A DNA stretch of 63,257 bases from an uncultured Bacilli bacterium (GCA_944331955.1 CALVIY010000004.1:1-63257), one strand, 5' to 3'. Numbered from the stretch's first letter, positions 1 to 10,380 are shown. Notes: generated by a model not told the origin, from the letters alone. A program made the numbers and translations.

Positions 1-142
1 ATCAAAGCAAAAGATTTAAGTCTATAACAAATATAATTTATTACAAAAGAAAAATAGGGAGCCCTCCGTTTTCCCATAGGCCCCTTGCAAAAATGATTTA
101 ACATTTTTTTCCACATAATCAATATATCATAAATGCATACAA

Positions 143-2665
143 TTAATCAACAGATTTTTCTCTTTTTCTATAATAAACAACAGTTCCTACAAACAAAACT
201 AAACCAACAAAAGATATAACTAAACCTTCTTTAAATAAAGGAGAAGTATAAACAATTCTAATATTATGATTACCTTCATTTATCTTAAAGCCAATAAAAC
301 TTTTATTAACAACTTCATAAGTAGTCTTTTCACCATCTACATATATTTCAAAACCTTCATCATAAGGAATAGATAGTTTAAAGTAACCATCATCTTTTAC
401 ATTAATATTACCTTCTATAACATCACCTTTAGTCTTATCTCTATCAATAACAAAAGGAGATATTTCATCATTAATAGATACTAAATCGTTATAATCATAT
501 AAAGCCATATCAAAATCAGTTAATCTAAACTTACCCTCACTAAAAGTAATTTCTAAGGTATCTCCACTCAAAGAATATTCAAACATATAATTATTATTAT
601 GATACTTCCATCTTCTACAACTAAGCTTATTACTCACTCCATTAATAGTAATATAAGAATCATCTTCACTACACTTATTATCATAAAGCATTTTAAATCT
701 TAAAAGTAAAATATCACTATCACTAACATTATTTAACTTAACAACTAACTTATTATCTTTAGAAGCTTTAATAAAATATTTACCATTATCCTCTTCTATA
801 CTTAAATTCTTACTTTCTAAAACATTATAATCTGGAACATAATCTTTTACTTCCTTAACATAACTATCACTATAATCCCCATCTACAATAGCATAATTCA
901 AATAAGCATCTAACTTCTCAAAATAATTAAGACTCTTATACTCATCTAAACTCATTATCTTACTAGTACTGTATCCAATAGGTAAAACATCTTCATTTCT
1001 ATAAATACCATCAGAAACTTTCTCATAACCTAACATATTATTACTACTATTAAGTAAATACTTATTACCCATATAAAAGTTATAGAAAATATTATTATTA
1101 CCTGTAAGCATTCCATAACTTCTATAAATAAATTCATTATTAATTAAATTATTATAGAAATCTTTATAATAAGAATTAGATAAAGAAGAGTAAATACTAC
1201 CTGTATAGTAATCGACATCATAAATATAATTAGACTTATCTAACTTAACACTTTGATCACTCATTCTATAAAAACTATTATCATTATCTAATACTTGTTT
1301 TACTTTAGAACTAGTCTCTTCATAATCTAAAGTATCATAAAACTCTTTAGTTACAAAGATATCAGAAAAATTAGTAGGAATAGCAATAATTAATGAAATA
1401 ATACCAAGATAGATATATAGAATCATCTTCTTTTTAAACTTAAGACTAATAAGTAAAAAGATAATTAAAAGAACCATATCAAATACAAATAATAAACACA
1501 AGTACTCACTCTTATAAAGAAAAACAAGAAGATTAATAACTACAACTATTAAAGAGATAATAATACTAATCTTTAACTTATTTTTATTATTAAAAACATT
1601 CTTAAGGAAATAACTAATTAAGAGGATAGCAAGAGGTAACATTGGTATAAAAGCTTTACCATTTAGATACATTCCCCCATTAAATATATAGTCAAAGACA
1701 GGAAAAACTAACAAAATACTAAAGATTATACTAATTACTTTAACTTCTCTTTTCTTAGTTACTATTCCATATATTAAAGAAATTATAAAGATAGCACTTA
1801 ATCCAAGAGAATAAGCAGAATATAAAGTATTAGAAATATCAAAGTTAGGAATAAGTAATCCTAGTAATGAAATATCCTTATTAGTAGCAGTCCTACCATC
1901 AAGTAAAGAATAAAGAGTTGGAAGTAATAAAACATAACTTAAAAGAACTGGTATCAACATTATAAAAAGATATTTAAAACCATCTTTAAAAAAAGCTTTA
2001 ACAGTAATTTTCTCACTTTTCTTATCTTCTATATATCTATAAATACCATAAAGCAAAACACAAACTAATCCTACAACACTAAAGTAATAACTAGTTAAAA
2101 TCATTAAGAAGATAGATATAACTAATAAAGATATTTTCTTCTTATCAAAATACTTATCAACACCTATTAAAGCCATAAGTAAAAACGGCATATAATCTAC
2201 AAACATAATATGGCGATGCAAATGAAAAATAAAACAACCTGCAGTTAAAAATAATAAAGTACTAACAAAACTAACTTTTGAATCAAATCTTCTTCTTAAA
2301 AAATAATACATTAAAATAATACTTATTATTAAACATACAATCATACTAAACTCAATATAAGTCATCATAGATACAAAAGGTAATAAATAAGAAATTAAAA
2401 TAATAGGATTAAAAAGTCCATAATAAGAAATATTATAGATATTTTGTCCTCCTCCAAGATTAAAAGCAAAGTTAGGAAAAAAGTCTCCTGTATCATAGAA
2501 TAGTTTTCTTAAATAATCAGGAAACATAATGTGTTGACTAAGCCAGTCTTTTTTAGAGCCAAAAAAATTAGTAAAGTTAACAAGTATTAAGACAATAACT
2601 AAACTAATAATAATTAAAGTTAAAACACTAATAATGTCATTTTTATATTTACTTAATTTCTTCAT
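143..2665 (-). CDS. yfhO: YfhO-family polytopic membrane protein (probable GT-C glycosyltransferase for cell-wall polymer decoration)
   Basis: 840 aa with many TM segments; N-terminal D-x-x-x-QH and YYGLFNP motifs; C-terminal SIPYDEGFEIYVDG motif typical of YfhO. Confidence 0.85.
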   Translation of the reverse strand: MKKLSKYKNDIISVLTLIIISLVIVLILVNFTNFFGSKKDWLSQHIMFPDYLRKLFYDTGDFFPNFAFNLGGGQNIYNISYYGLFNPIILISYLLPFVSMMTYIEFSMIVCLIISIILMYYFLRRRFDSKVSFVSTLLFLTAGCFIFHLHRHIMFVDYMPFLLMALIGVDKYFDKKKISLLVISIFLMILTSYYFSVVGLVCVLLYGIYRYIEDKKSEKITVKAFFKDGFKYLFIMLIPVLLSYVLLLPTLYSLLDGRTATNKDISLLGLLIPNFDISNTLYSAYSLGLSAIFIISLIYGIVTKKREVKVISIIFSILLVFPVFDYIFNGGMYLNGKAFIPMLPLAILLISYFLKNVFNNKNKLKISIIISLIVVVINLLVFLYKSEYLCLLFVFDMVLLIIFLLISLKFKKKMILYIYLGIISLIIAIPTNFSDIFVTKEFYDTLDYEETSSKVKQVLDNDNSFYRMSDQSVKLDKSNYIYDVDYYTGSIYSSLSNSYYKDFYNNLINNEFIYRSYGMLTGNNNIFYNFYMGNKYLLNSSNNMLGYEKVSDGIYRNEDVLPIGYSTSKIMSLDEYKSLNYFEKLDAYLNYAIVDGDYSDSYVKEVKDYVPDYNVLESKNLSIEEDNGKYFIKASKDNKLVVKLNNVSDSDILLLRFKMLYDNKCSEDDSYITINGVSNKLSCRRWKYHNNNYMFEYSLSGDTLEITFSEGKFRLTDFDMALYDYNDLVSINDEISPFVIDRDKTKGDVIEGNINVKDDGYFKLSIPYDEGFEIYVDGEKTTYEVVNKSFIGFKINEGNHNIRIVYTSPLFKEGLVISFVGLVLFVGTVVYYRKREKSVD

Positions 2666-2674
2666 AAGTCCCCC

Positions 2675-3778
2675 CTAACTAATTGTAATACTATTATTAA
2701 CAGGTACTACTTGTATCATCGTATTACCATCACTAACAACTAACTCATTACCACCATAATAATAATGAGTCTTACCACTTCTAGAATCTTTACTCCAAGT
2801 AATAGGTATAGCATAACCATTAGTAATGTAATATCCTTCCCCATTACCTACAGTATCTAAATCTTGTCTTCCATAACTATCTAATGTATAGTTATTTACT
2901 TTCATAATAATTATATTTTTATAATGATATTGTACACTACTATCTCTATCAGTATGCGGACTATTATTCATATAACGTAAATAATATCTATTAGTAGAAT
3001 CATAAGTATAACTCCTAACCTGGCTATAAGAATATGTCATACTAATGGTATTAGCAGTTAACAAGTCACTTGTAGTATCAAAATTAACATCATCAGGAGT
3101 ATAATTCAAAAGACTATAATTATCACTAGTAGTACTATAACCTTTACTTCCTGCAACATTATATAAATCTTCTATACTAGTAAAAACATTATGAGGTGCA
3201 GCAATATTGTAATTACGATAATAACCATTATCATAAAGACCATTTATATTATTAACACCTAAAGCTCTAATATCATTTTGTGCAAAAGTACTCCACCCAT
3301 AATGAGCATAAATAGCATCACTCTCAAGAGCATAATCTAAAAAATAATGTCTACTACTACGAACTGGACCAATAACACTAGTATTAACATCTTTAAAAAT
3401 AGCCATTATACGTGTTAATCCACCTTCTACTATTATTTCATAAGTTAAATAAGCATCTTGTAATCCTACATGAGCATTATTACCTACATTATTATCAATC
3501 ATAACGGCAATAGGACGTTTATTACTATTAACATCGTAAACAGTTAAATCCTTTTTCTCCACAGTACTAGCATCATCTATTTTTATCTTTTCTTTTTTAT
3601 TAGATTTATTATCATTCATAGATAACAAAAAGTAGAAAAGACCTATTAATATTAAAAACAATGCTACACTAATAACACTAATTATAATTATTTTCTTTTT
3701 ATTACGATTAGGTTTAATCCTAACTTCACATAAAGACTTTGGCTTTCTCACAACTACCACCCAACTAAATTTTAACAT
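2675..3778 (-). CDS. DUF3048 (YerB-like) membrane-anchored protein, paralog 1
   Basis: RPIAVMIDN, VEGGLTR, GPVRSSRHYF and APHNVF motifs after a basic stretch and TM anchor. Confidence 0.85.
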   Translation of the reverse strand: MLKFSWVVVVRKPKSLCEVRIKPNRNKKKIIIISVISVALFLILIGLFYFLLSMNDNKSNKKEKIKIDDASTVEKKDLTVYDVNSNKRPIAVMIDNNVGNNAHVGLQDAYLTYEIIVEGGLTRIMAIFKDVNTSVIGPVRSSRHYFLDYALESDAIYAHYGWSTFAQNDIRALGVNNINGLYDNGYYRNYNIAAPHNVFTSIEDLYNVAGSKGYSTTSDNYSLLNYTPDDVNFDTTSDLLTANTISMTYSYSQVRSYTYDSTNRYYLRYMNNSPHTDRDSSVQYHYKNIIIMKVNNYTLDSYGRQDLDTVGNGEGYYITNGYAIPITWSKDSRSGKTHYYYGGNELVVSDGNTMIQVVPVNNSITIS

Positions 3779-3839
3779 AGTTTAAATAATAATTAAACTT
3801 TAAAGAAAAAGTTTCCAAAACTTGACAAAAAATATACTA

Positions 3840-3868
3840 TTTACAAAGCGTTAAAAACATGATACATT
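3840..3868 (+). promoter_or_regulatory. sigma-A-like promoter facing the 39-bp repeat array
   Basis: TTTACA (3840-3845), 17 bp, TACATT (3863-3868) with TGn extension. Confidence 0.45.
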
Positions 3869-3880
3869 ATAAGCATAATT

Positions 3881-4000
3881 AAAAAGCGGTGTTCCCCACC
3901 AATCAAAAAGCGGGAATGAAAAAAGCGGTGTTCCCTACCAAACAAAAAACGGGAATGAAAAAAGCGGTGTTCCCTACCAATAAAGAAAATGGGAATAAAA
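3881..4000. repeat. Three tandem ~39-bp repeats with hairpin potential
   Basis: Unit approximately AAAAAGCGGTGTTCCCYACCAAWCAAAAARCGGGAATG; third copy degenerate. Confidence 0.9.
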
Positions 4001-4005
4001 AAAGT

Positions 4006-4037
4006 GACTATCTATATTCATTCATAGATAGTCTTTT
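4006..4037. terminator. Bidirectional intrinsic terminator
   Basis: Stem GACTATCTAT (4006-4015) / ATAGATAGTC (4024-4033) flanked by A and T tracts. Confidence 0.75.
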
Positions 4038-4041
4038 ATTA

Positions 4042-4263
4042 TCATCTTACAAGTTTCTTAACATAAGGACTGTCCACAGATTTATATCCTTTAAATGTTT
4101 CTGTACTAGCAATATCTTCTCTTCTATTTTGTAAAGCAATAACTTCATTTGCATTATTCAATTCAAACGCATCTGCTTTATCAATACTTTTTACAACTTT
4201 ACTTGACCTTACAACACTAGTACCAGGCAAAGCTTTTTCTTTCATTTTATCTGCCATTCCCAT
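4042..4263 (-). CDS. Hypothetical protein (73 aa)
   Basis: ORF with GGAGG RBS, co-oriented with neighbours. Confidence 0.7.
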   Translation of the reverse strand: MGMADKMKEKALPGTSVVRSSKVVKSIDKADAFELNNANEVIALQNRREDIASTETFKGYKSVDSPYVKKLVR

Positions 4264-4280
4264 AATCTAAAACCTCCATA

Positions 4281-5333
4281 TTAATTAACAACTATATCCC
4301 TATCACTAGGCATTACTTGTATAAAAGTATTACCATCACTCACCTTTATTTCATCACCATTACTATAAGAATAATAAGTTTTACCACTTCTAGAATCTTT
4401 CTCCCAAGTAATAGGCATCATATAACCATTAGTAATATAATATCCTTCCCCACTTCCTACTGTATCTAAATCTTGTCTACCATAATCATCAAGAGTACTA
4501 TTATCTACTTTCATAATAATTATATTTTTATAATGATATTGTTCTTTACTATCTCTATCAGTATGAGGAATACCATTCATATAACGAAGATAATAACCAT
4601 TATCACTATCATAAGTATAACTTCTAACTTCACTATTAGAATAAGGAATCTCAATACTAGTTAAAGAAGTACCTTCTAAACTACAATTCTCACCATCACA
4701 GTTTAATGAATTATCAGTTTTCTCTAAATCTACCTTTTTACTAACATAATTTAAATTCTCATAATCACTAGATGTAGTATCATAACCTAACTCTTCAGCT
4801 TTTAAATATAAATTATCAATACTAGTAAAAACGTTATGAGGAGCAGCAATACTACTATCACGATAAAAAGCATCATCATAAAGTCCATTAATGTTATCAA
4901 CAGAAAGAGCCTTTATATCATTCTCTGCATAAGTACTCCATCCATAATGAGCATATATTGCATCACTTTCAAGTGCATAATCTAAAAAATAATGCCTACT
5001 ACTTCTAACAGGCCCAATTACACTAGTATCTACATCTTTATATATAGCCATTATTCTAGTTAATCCACCTTCAACAATAATTTCATAAGTTAAATAAGCA
5101 TCTTGTAATCCTACTTGTTCATCATTTTCTACATTATTATCGATCATAACAGCAATAGGACGTTTATTACTATTAACATCATAAACCTTTAACTCTTCCT
5201 TTTTTTCTACTAAAGGCACATCATTACCAAGATAAATAAAATAATAGTAAGCTCCTCCTGCTAAAGCCAATAGTAAAATAATAAATATAGTAATTACAAC
5301 TCTTCTTTTTCTTTTCTTCTTCACAAGCACCAC
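4281..5333 (-). CDS. DUF3048 (YerB-like) membrane-anchored protein, paralog 2
   Basis: Same motifs as 2675-3778; long stretches near-identical at protein level. Confidence 0.85.
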   Translation of the reverse strand: MVLVKKKRKRRVVITIFIILLLALAGGAYYYFIYLGNDVPLVEKKEELKVYDVNSNKRPIAVMIDNNVENDEQVGLQDAYLTYEIIVEGGLTRIMAIYKDVDTSVIGPVRSSRHYFLDYALESDAIYAHYGWSTYAENDIKALSVDNINGLYDDAFYRDSSIAAPHNVFTSIDNLYLKAEELGYDTTSSDYENLNYVSKKVDLEKTDNSLNCDGENCSLEGTSLTSIEIPYSNSEVRSYTYDSDNGYYLRYMNGIPHTDRDSKEQYHYKNIIIMKVDNSTLDDYGRQDLDTVGSGEGYYITNGYMMPITWEKDSRSGKTYYSYSNGDEIKVSDGNTFIQVMPSDRDIVVN

Positions 5334-5373
5334 CTCTACTTTAATTTTATCACAAATTTATACTACTTAATAG

Positions 5374-5401
5374 AACAAATTATTATAAAAAACATAAAGT
5401 A
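5374..5401 (+). promoter_or_regulatory. Mother-cell sigma-K/sigma-E-like promoter candidate for cwlJ
   Basis: AC at 5375-5376, 16 bp, then CATAAAGTA (5393-5401) matching the CATAnnnTA -10 consensus. Confidence 0.4.
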
Positions 5402-5415
5402 TATTAGGTGATTAT

Positions 5416-5619
5416 ATGTCTCAATTAATTCAATATACAAGTAAAGAATTAGATTTACTAGCAAGATTAATGCGAGCAGAAGCAGTTGGTGAAGGAGATT
5501 ATGGTATGCTTATGGTTGGTAATGTTGGTGTAAATAGAGTCCTTGCTAACTGTTATACATTTAGAAATATAAATACAATTACCAAAATGGTATTTCAAAA
5601 TCCAGGAGGACTTTGTTAA
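5416..5619 (+). pseudogene. cwlJ: 5' part of a split CwlJ-like spore cortex-lytic enzyme (Hydrolase_2 family)
   Basis: LLARLMRAEAVGEGDYGMLMVGNVGVNRV...MVFQNPGG closely resembles the CwlJ N-terminus; ends LC* just after the att core. Confidence 0.9.
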
Positions 5620-5627
5620 TTAGTACC
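5590..5627 (+). other. Left prophage junction (B arm + GGAGG core + P arm)
   Basis: ...AAATCCA-GG(5605-5606)-AGGA-CTTTGTTAATTAGTACC; the arm at 5611-5627 is a 15/17 inverted match to 38335-38351. Confidence 0.9.
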
Positions 5628-5656
5628 AACAAAAAGAAAAAATTAACAAAAAAAAC

Positions 5657-5683
5657 AGGTAGAGCTTATTGACTCTACCTTTT
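5657..5683. terminator. Terminator after the endolysin
   Basis: AGGTAGAG (5657-5664) / CTCTACCT (5673-5680) with A/T tracts. Confidence 0.7.
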
Positions 5684-6572
5684 AATTATTAGATACTTCA
5701 TATAAAGGTCCACAATCACATCTAAATTGAACTCCATCAGCTTCAAGAATTGCAACACCATTTTTTAAATATTTAGTTGGTAATTCTACACCTTTAACAG
5801 TAAAGATGTTATCACATTTCCAGTAATCGCCAACATTTAAAATTGCATCATAATCTGCATTGCTTCCATCAGAATTACATTTAGCAATTGGTCCACTAGG
5901 AATGTAGTCATTTGGATCGCATGGATAGCCATAACAAGTATCATAACATCCAATAGCACCGTTAGGATATTTGCTATTAGGTAATATTATTTCATTTACT
6001 TTAAACACTCCATTAAATTTTACCTTTGACCCTACTTTTAGTATTTGGTCTGCTGTAGAACTAGAACCTCCATCATTTAGTTTTTCTTGGACTTTGGCAA
6101 CAAATGTATTCCAGTCATAAGGATTACCTCGTCTTATGTCGTAAGGACAATCTTTACCAGTCCAGTGATTATGTTGAAATAAGTAACTACTAGCATTTTT
6201 AACACCATATCTTTTTAATATTTCTGCAGATAGTTCTACTGCATTATCAGTAGCTTTTCTTATATCTCCATCAGAATTATCACATATTTCAATTGAGATA
6301 GTTTTCATGTTTCCATCGCCTCTACCATCTCCTTGGCACCAAGCTACCTCATTTTCTGGCACACATCTTACTGCTCTATCTTGATCTACTACATAATTCC
6401 ATGATGTAGTTACATTCTTCCAAGACCCTCTTAAAAGATTAGCATGAGCTATAGCATTAGCACCTTTATTATGATTTGATGTGTTATGGATAGTTATACC
6501 TTTAAATCCAGTTCTTGATATACCTGGTCTGCAACTATAACCAAGTGGGGCTAACATTTCAATTATTTCCAT
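5682..6572 (-). CDS. Endolysin, N-acetylmuramoyl-L-alanine amidase (Amidase_2) with Cys-rich C-terminal region
   Basis: ITIHNT, SWNYVVD, ISIEIC and HNHWTGKDCP motifs; last gene of the lysis module. Confidence 0.9.
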   Translation of the reverse strand: MEIIEMLAPLGYSCRPGISRTGFKGITIHNTSNHNKGANAIAHANLLRGSWKNVTTSWNYVVDQDRAVRCVPENEVAWCQGDGRGDGNMKTISIEICDNSDGDIRKATDNAVELSAEILKRYGVKNASSYLFQHNHWTGKDCPYDIRRGNPYDWNTFVAKVQEKLNDGGSSSTADQILKVGSKVKFNGVFKVNEIILPNSKYPNGAIGCYDTCYGYPCDPNDYIPSGPIAKCNSDGSNADYDAILNVGDYWKCDNIFTVKGVELPTKYLKNGVAILEADGVQFRCDCGPLYEVSNN

Positions 6573-6673
6573 TACTCATCACTTCCTTTTCCATCTTCTG
6601 CTATTCCATTTTTTACTTCTTCTAAACTAGCTTCTTCTTTTGGAAGGCTTGTACCTTCTTTAAATGTTGCCAT
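6572..6673 (-). CDS. Small acidic peptide (33 aa), not in ORF track
   Basis: GAGGAGG RBS; MATFKEGTSLPKEE...; TAATG overlap with the endolysin start. Confidence 0.6.
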   Translation of the reverse strand: MATFKEGTSLPKEEASLEEVKNGIAEDGKGSDE

Positions 6674-6676
6674 ATA

Positions 6677-6949
6677 TTATTCCTCCTCTACTTTAATGCA
6701 TTTATTTTCCCATTTTTTATAGGCATCTAAGTATAGTTCTTTCTTATCTCCATTGTAAGTTAGTTCATAATACATACCGTCTGAGACAGTAGTACTTACT
6801 AATGCTTTAAAGTTTTGTAATGTTTTACTAAACCATACAATAAAGACATTATCCTTATTTATTTTTAATCCATCAGTTTTATCAACATTATCATTGAAAT
6901 AATTAACTACTACTTCTTTGCATAAATCTAACATTTTATCATTAATCAT
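6677..6949 (-). CDS. Phage protein, DUF6275-like
   Basis: VWFSKTLQNFKAL...YYELTYNGDKKELYLDAYKKWEN motif. Confidence 0.75.
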   Translation of the reverse strand: MINDKMLDLCKEVVVNYFNDNVDKTDGLKINKDNVFIVWFSKTLQNFKALVSTTVSDGMYYELTYNGDKKELYLDAYKKWENKCIKVEEE

Positions 6950-6967
6950 ATTTTCACTTTCCTTTCT

Positions 6968-7216
6968 CTACTTATTTTTAATATTAATTAAATCAGCTAT
7001 TCCGCCGGCTCCCATAGTCGCTACTAAACATAATACTAATGCCTGTAGTAAGTTAGGCTCTATGCCCGTGAAAAAGCATATTAAGGCACTTATTGTACCT
7101 ACTATTACATTCTGTATAGGAATGTATTTATTAGGTACTGTGCCTATAAATATTTTAGTAATAGCACCTAGTATATAAGCTACTACTGCTATTATTACTA
7201 CATAAGTTATTTCCAT
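6968..7216 (-). CDS. Phage holin (multi-TM)
   Basis: 82 aa hydrophobic protein with PNKYIP motif, upstream of the endolysin. Confidence 0.8.
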   Translation of the reverse strand: MEITYVVIIAVVAYILGAITKIFIGTVPNKYIPIQNVIVGTISALICFFTGIEPNLLQALVLCLVATMGAGGIADLINIKNK

Positions 7217-7219
7217 ATA

Positions 7220-7642
7220 TTATTCACTCTCCTTCACTTCTTCCCAAGCTGTTGGATAAACATCTGGATTCCACACACATCCATCCATTTGACAGATGTA
7301 TCTCTTTCCATTGTAAGTAACTTTATCCCCTGTATTATAAGCATCGTAAGAGCCTGTAGGTTGTTTGAATTTTGGATATTCTTCTGTTGGCTCTTCCGTA
7401 CTGTTTCCTTCTAAAATAGATACTCTGCTTTCTAAAGACTTAATTCTCTCAAATGCCTCGTTTAATTGTGTTTCAAGAGGCTCATAAGAATTAATTGGAT
7501 TAGCATTTGTTCTTGCCTCTTCCTCTAACTCTTCTTTTTCTTCTTTTGAAATGTTTCCTTTGATATAATACTCTGCTATCTTATTTAGCATATCTTTTAA
7601 ATCATAATCGCTCTTTAAAGCATTTTTAAACACATTATACAT
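7220..7642 (-). CDS. Phage protein with C-terminal CBM5/12 (chitin-binding-like) module
   Basis: YNTGDKVTYNGKRYIC...W.P...W motif. Confidence 0.75.
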   Translation of the reverse strand: MYNVFKNALKSDYDLKDMLNKIAEYYIKGNISKEEKEELEEEARTNANPINSYEPLETQLNEAFERIKSLESRVSILEGNSTEEPTEEYPKFKQPTGSYDAYNTGDKVTYNGKRYICQMDGCVWNPDVYPTAWEEVKESE

Positions 7643-7643
7643 A

Positions 7644-10364
7644 TTATCCCTCCTCTATCATTGCAGTTGAAATTTCTGCTAATTTATTATCTACGTATTT
7701 TTTTATATCTAATGCGTAAGTAGCTGATATATTTGTTGGCACATTTCCATTGATTGAAATATTATTTGTTCCATTTAATGTTGTAATAATATCAGTTAGT
7801 TTTCCTAGTGGAATTGGTTGTGGATTAGCTAATTGGTAATAAACGGTAACATTATGCTCTTGTAACCACACCTTCAACTCTTCTACAGAATTAGAAACTA
7901 CATAAGTACAAATAGTAATCCCACCACTTGGAGCAATTTCAATAGTATTTTCTACAAAGTAATCACCGTCACTGTTACTACCACTTATAAAATAATTACT
8001 AAGACAAGTAGTAGAAGGTTTTACAAGATTTTGTATAACACCTGTAGAAAATCTATACTTTTCATTCTCGACAATCATATTCCAATCGTCTTCACTACCA
8101 TCAAGTACAACTTTACCAATGTTCTTAACTAAACTAACGTTACCTTCTTTATCAATAACTAATTCATCTTTAACTCCATCAGGAAGTTCAACCATCTCAT
8201 TACCTTGTAAGTCTATTGCATATTCTGTAGCTTGGTATGGTTCATAAACAAAGTTTTGAGGTGTTACTGTTGTATCTTCTAATACTGATATTCTGAATGT
8301 TATTGAACCAGATTGTCCTGAAACAAAACTTACAAAAGTCCTCATTCCAATCGTTACATTCGAAAAATCAGCTTTTGAAGTCATAATAGCATTTATAATT
8401 TCTCCATTTTTTAAAGAGTCTAATTGTTTATTAAAACTATTTTTAAATTGTTGAACAGATTTATTAGCATCTGCTGATATAAAACTTATATATCCAATAC
8501 CAGTAACATTTTTTATTTCAATAACAATGTTGTAATCAGTATTATATTTTAAACGCATGGTATCACAAAAATAATTCTTATAGACAGTACCGCTATTGTT
8601 ATTATTTTCACCAGATATTGTAATCCAGCCTTCATCGTCTACTGTTATTCCTGATGTCACGCTAATAGTATCTTCATAATCAAACAAATTCTTTCCACAC
8701 CTTGTTATTTTATCAAAACTCAAAGTTTTAATTTCTTGTGGATAGTCTGGACTTGGACTTGGTTGCCCTCCTGTGTAAGGTTCGTAAGTATAATCACTTG
8801 AACTACTAATCATTACATTTTTTATCTTAAACGAACAAGTTTCATCATTATAAAATTTTTGTATTAATATATCTGATATTTCCTTAGAAGAATTTAATGT
8901 AAAACTAGCACAATATCTTTGATAATTAGCAGTAGGTATATGATTACTAATAAATTCAAATCCATCTCTATTACTTGGTGCAATCAAGTTTAAAGCACGT
9001 GATTGATTACCTGAGTTTATTTTTAAATCAAAACTAATATAATATGTTCCTGCATCTAAATTGATAGAAGTACTACCATCACTGTTTTTAAATCCTATTT
9101 TACAATTTCCAAAACCTTCTAGAGATGACGTGGTAGCTTCTTGATCTATAACCTCAACAAGATAATTATTTCTTATTTCAAATAGCAAATTCTTCCCAGT
9201 AGTACTCTCTTGCTTAACCTTACCGTGAACTAAAAATTCAAATACTTTGTACTTTAGTGCATCCTTTAAACTAATGATGTAATCAGATGCTCTATTCTTA
9301 GAAACTAAATTATCTAATGCATTATTTAATGTTATTACCGGACTAGATGAACCTACGTAATCATCTTTGATGTTTTCTAGTGTACCTTTACCAATAAAAA
9401 TATTATCGCCAGAACTTGAATATTGTTCTGAATTAATAGAATTTACATATGGAACTCCGTTATTGCTATAAACTCTAAAATGATTACCTGTAGAGATAAC
9501 ACCACCTTGTGCATCTTTTGCATAATCCGTATTCTTAACATAATCACTTAAATCTGGACTAGGACCTACTTCTCCTCGACTAGGCTTTCCTGTGTCTGTA
9601 TCTCCGATAAACCAGTTGCCATTATCTCCAATTGTTGGCGTAAGTCCATCTTTTCCATTTTGTCCATCATTGCCATCAAGACCGTTCTTAGCTTCTACAT
9701 TGAAGTCTTCACTACTTCCGTCAGTTTTTGTTACTATTACAGGTGTAATAGTCTTATCTTCTTCTACTGTAGGTTGTCCTGATGTTATTGTAGTTATTCC
9801 TACTCCATCTTGGCCGTTTGTTCCATCTTTTCCAGGAACACCCTGATGACCTTGTGGTCCTATAAAGTCGCCATTTTCTAATTTCTGATTTATTTTATCT
9901 ACTAAGTCATTAGCACTATCTGTGGCTTGATTAACTTCTTTAATAGATTCACTAACTTGATTCAATCCCTCTTGTAATGCTTGCATATACTGTTCAAATT
10001 GCGTAGGTGTTATCTCCTGAGACTCTTCTGCATTCGGATTATAAGATCCTCCTATTACATTAAAATAAGTAGGATAAGGACTGTATCTAAGTTCTAACTC
10101 TTCATTAGTTACTTTATAAGCATATACGCCTAGCATAATTTCACCAACGCAAGATAAAATTTCTGTTGGAATGTCACACTCATTATTTATTATTGAAACT
10201 TGATAAGACTTACCATATTTAATTTTAAAAATTGCATTTTTTACTAAATCATCAGTATAGTCATCTGAAAATTCAAATTTAATATGATTAACATTATACT
10301 CACCTTCGTGAACTATATCCTTTTTCATAATAGTTACGTTATCTTTAGTTACATTAACTTGCAT
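7644..10364 (-). CDS. Tail fibre / BppU-like baseplate protein with collagen-like linker
   Basis: BppU-like N-terminus, G-x-x repeats, repeated GKNL modules and YEPYTGGQPSPSPDYPQEI segment. Confidence 0.75.
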   Translation of the reverse strand: MQVNVTKDNVTIMKKDIVHEGEYNVNHIKFEFSDDYTDDLVKNAIFKIKYGKSYQVSIINNECDIPTEILSCVGEIMLGVYAYKVTNEELELRYSPYPTYFNVIGGSYNPNAEESQEITPTQFEQYMQALQEGLNQVSESIKEVNQATDSANDLVDKINQKLENGDFIGPQGHQGVPGKDGTNGQDGVGITTITSGQPTVEEDKTITPVIVTKTDGSSEDFNVEAKNGLDGNDGQNGKDGLTPTIGDNGNWFIGDTDTGKPSRGEVGPSPDLSDYVKNTDYAKDAQGGVISTGNHFRVYSNNGVPYVNSINSEQYSSSGDNIFIGKGTLENIKDDYVGSSSPVITLNNALDNLVSKNRASDYIISLKDALKYKVFEFLVHGKVKQESTTGKNLLFEIRNNYLVEVIDQEATTSSLEGFGNCKIGFKNSDGSTSINLDAGTYYISFDLKINSGNQSRALNLIAPSNRDGFEFISNHIPTANYQRYCASFTLNSSKEISDILIQKFYNDETCSFKIKNVMISSSSDYTYEPYTGGQPSPSPDYPQEIKTLSFDKITRCGKNLFDYEDTISVTSGITVDDEGWITISGENNNNSGTVYKNYFCDTMRLKYNTDYNIVIEIKNVTGIGYISFISADANKSVQQFKNSFNKQLDSLKNGEIINAIMTSKADFSNVTIGMRTFVSFVSGQSGSITFRISVLEDTTVTPQNFVYEPYQATEYAIDLQGNEMVELPDGVKDELVIDKEGNVSLVKNIGKVVLDGSEDDWNMIVENEKYRFSTGVIQNLVKPSTTCLSNYFISGSNSDGDYFVENTIEIAPSGGITICTYVVSNSVEELKVWLQEHNVTVYYQLANPQPIPLGKLTDIITTLNGTNNISINGNVPTNISATYALDIKKYVDNKLAEISTAMIEEG

Positions 10365-10380
10365 TCAATCACTTCCTTTC

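Noticed and set aside
3881-4000. Mini-CRISPR array
   Set aside because: Units are contiguous tandem copies with no unique spacers, and no cas genes are in the window
3889-4134. 81-aa + strand ORF with a 13-aa repeat
   Set aside because: It is a translation of the DNA repeat, has no RBS, runs through a terminator and overlaps a better minus-strand gene
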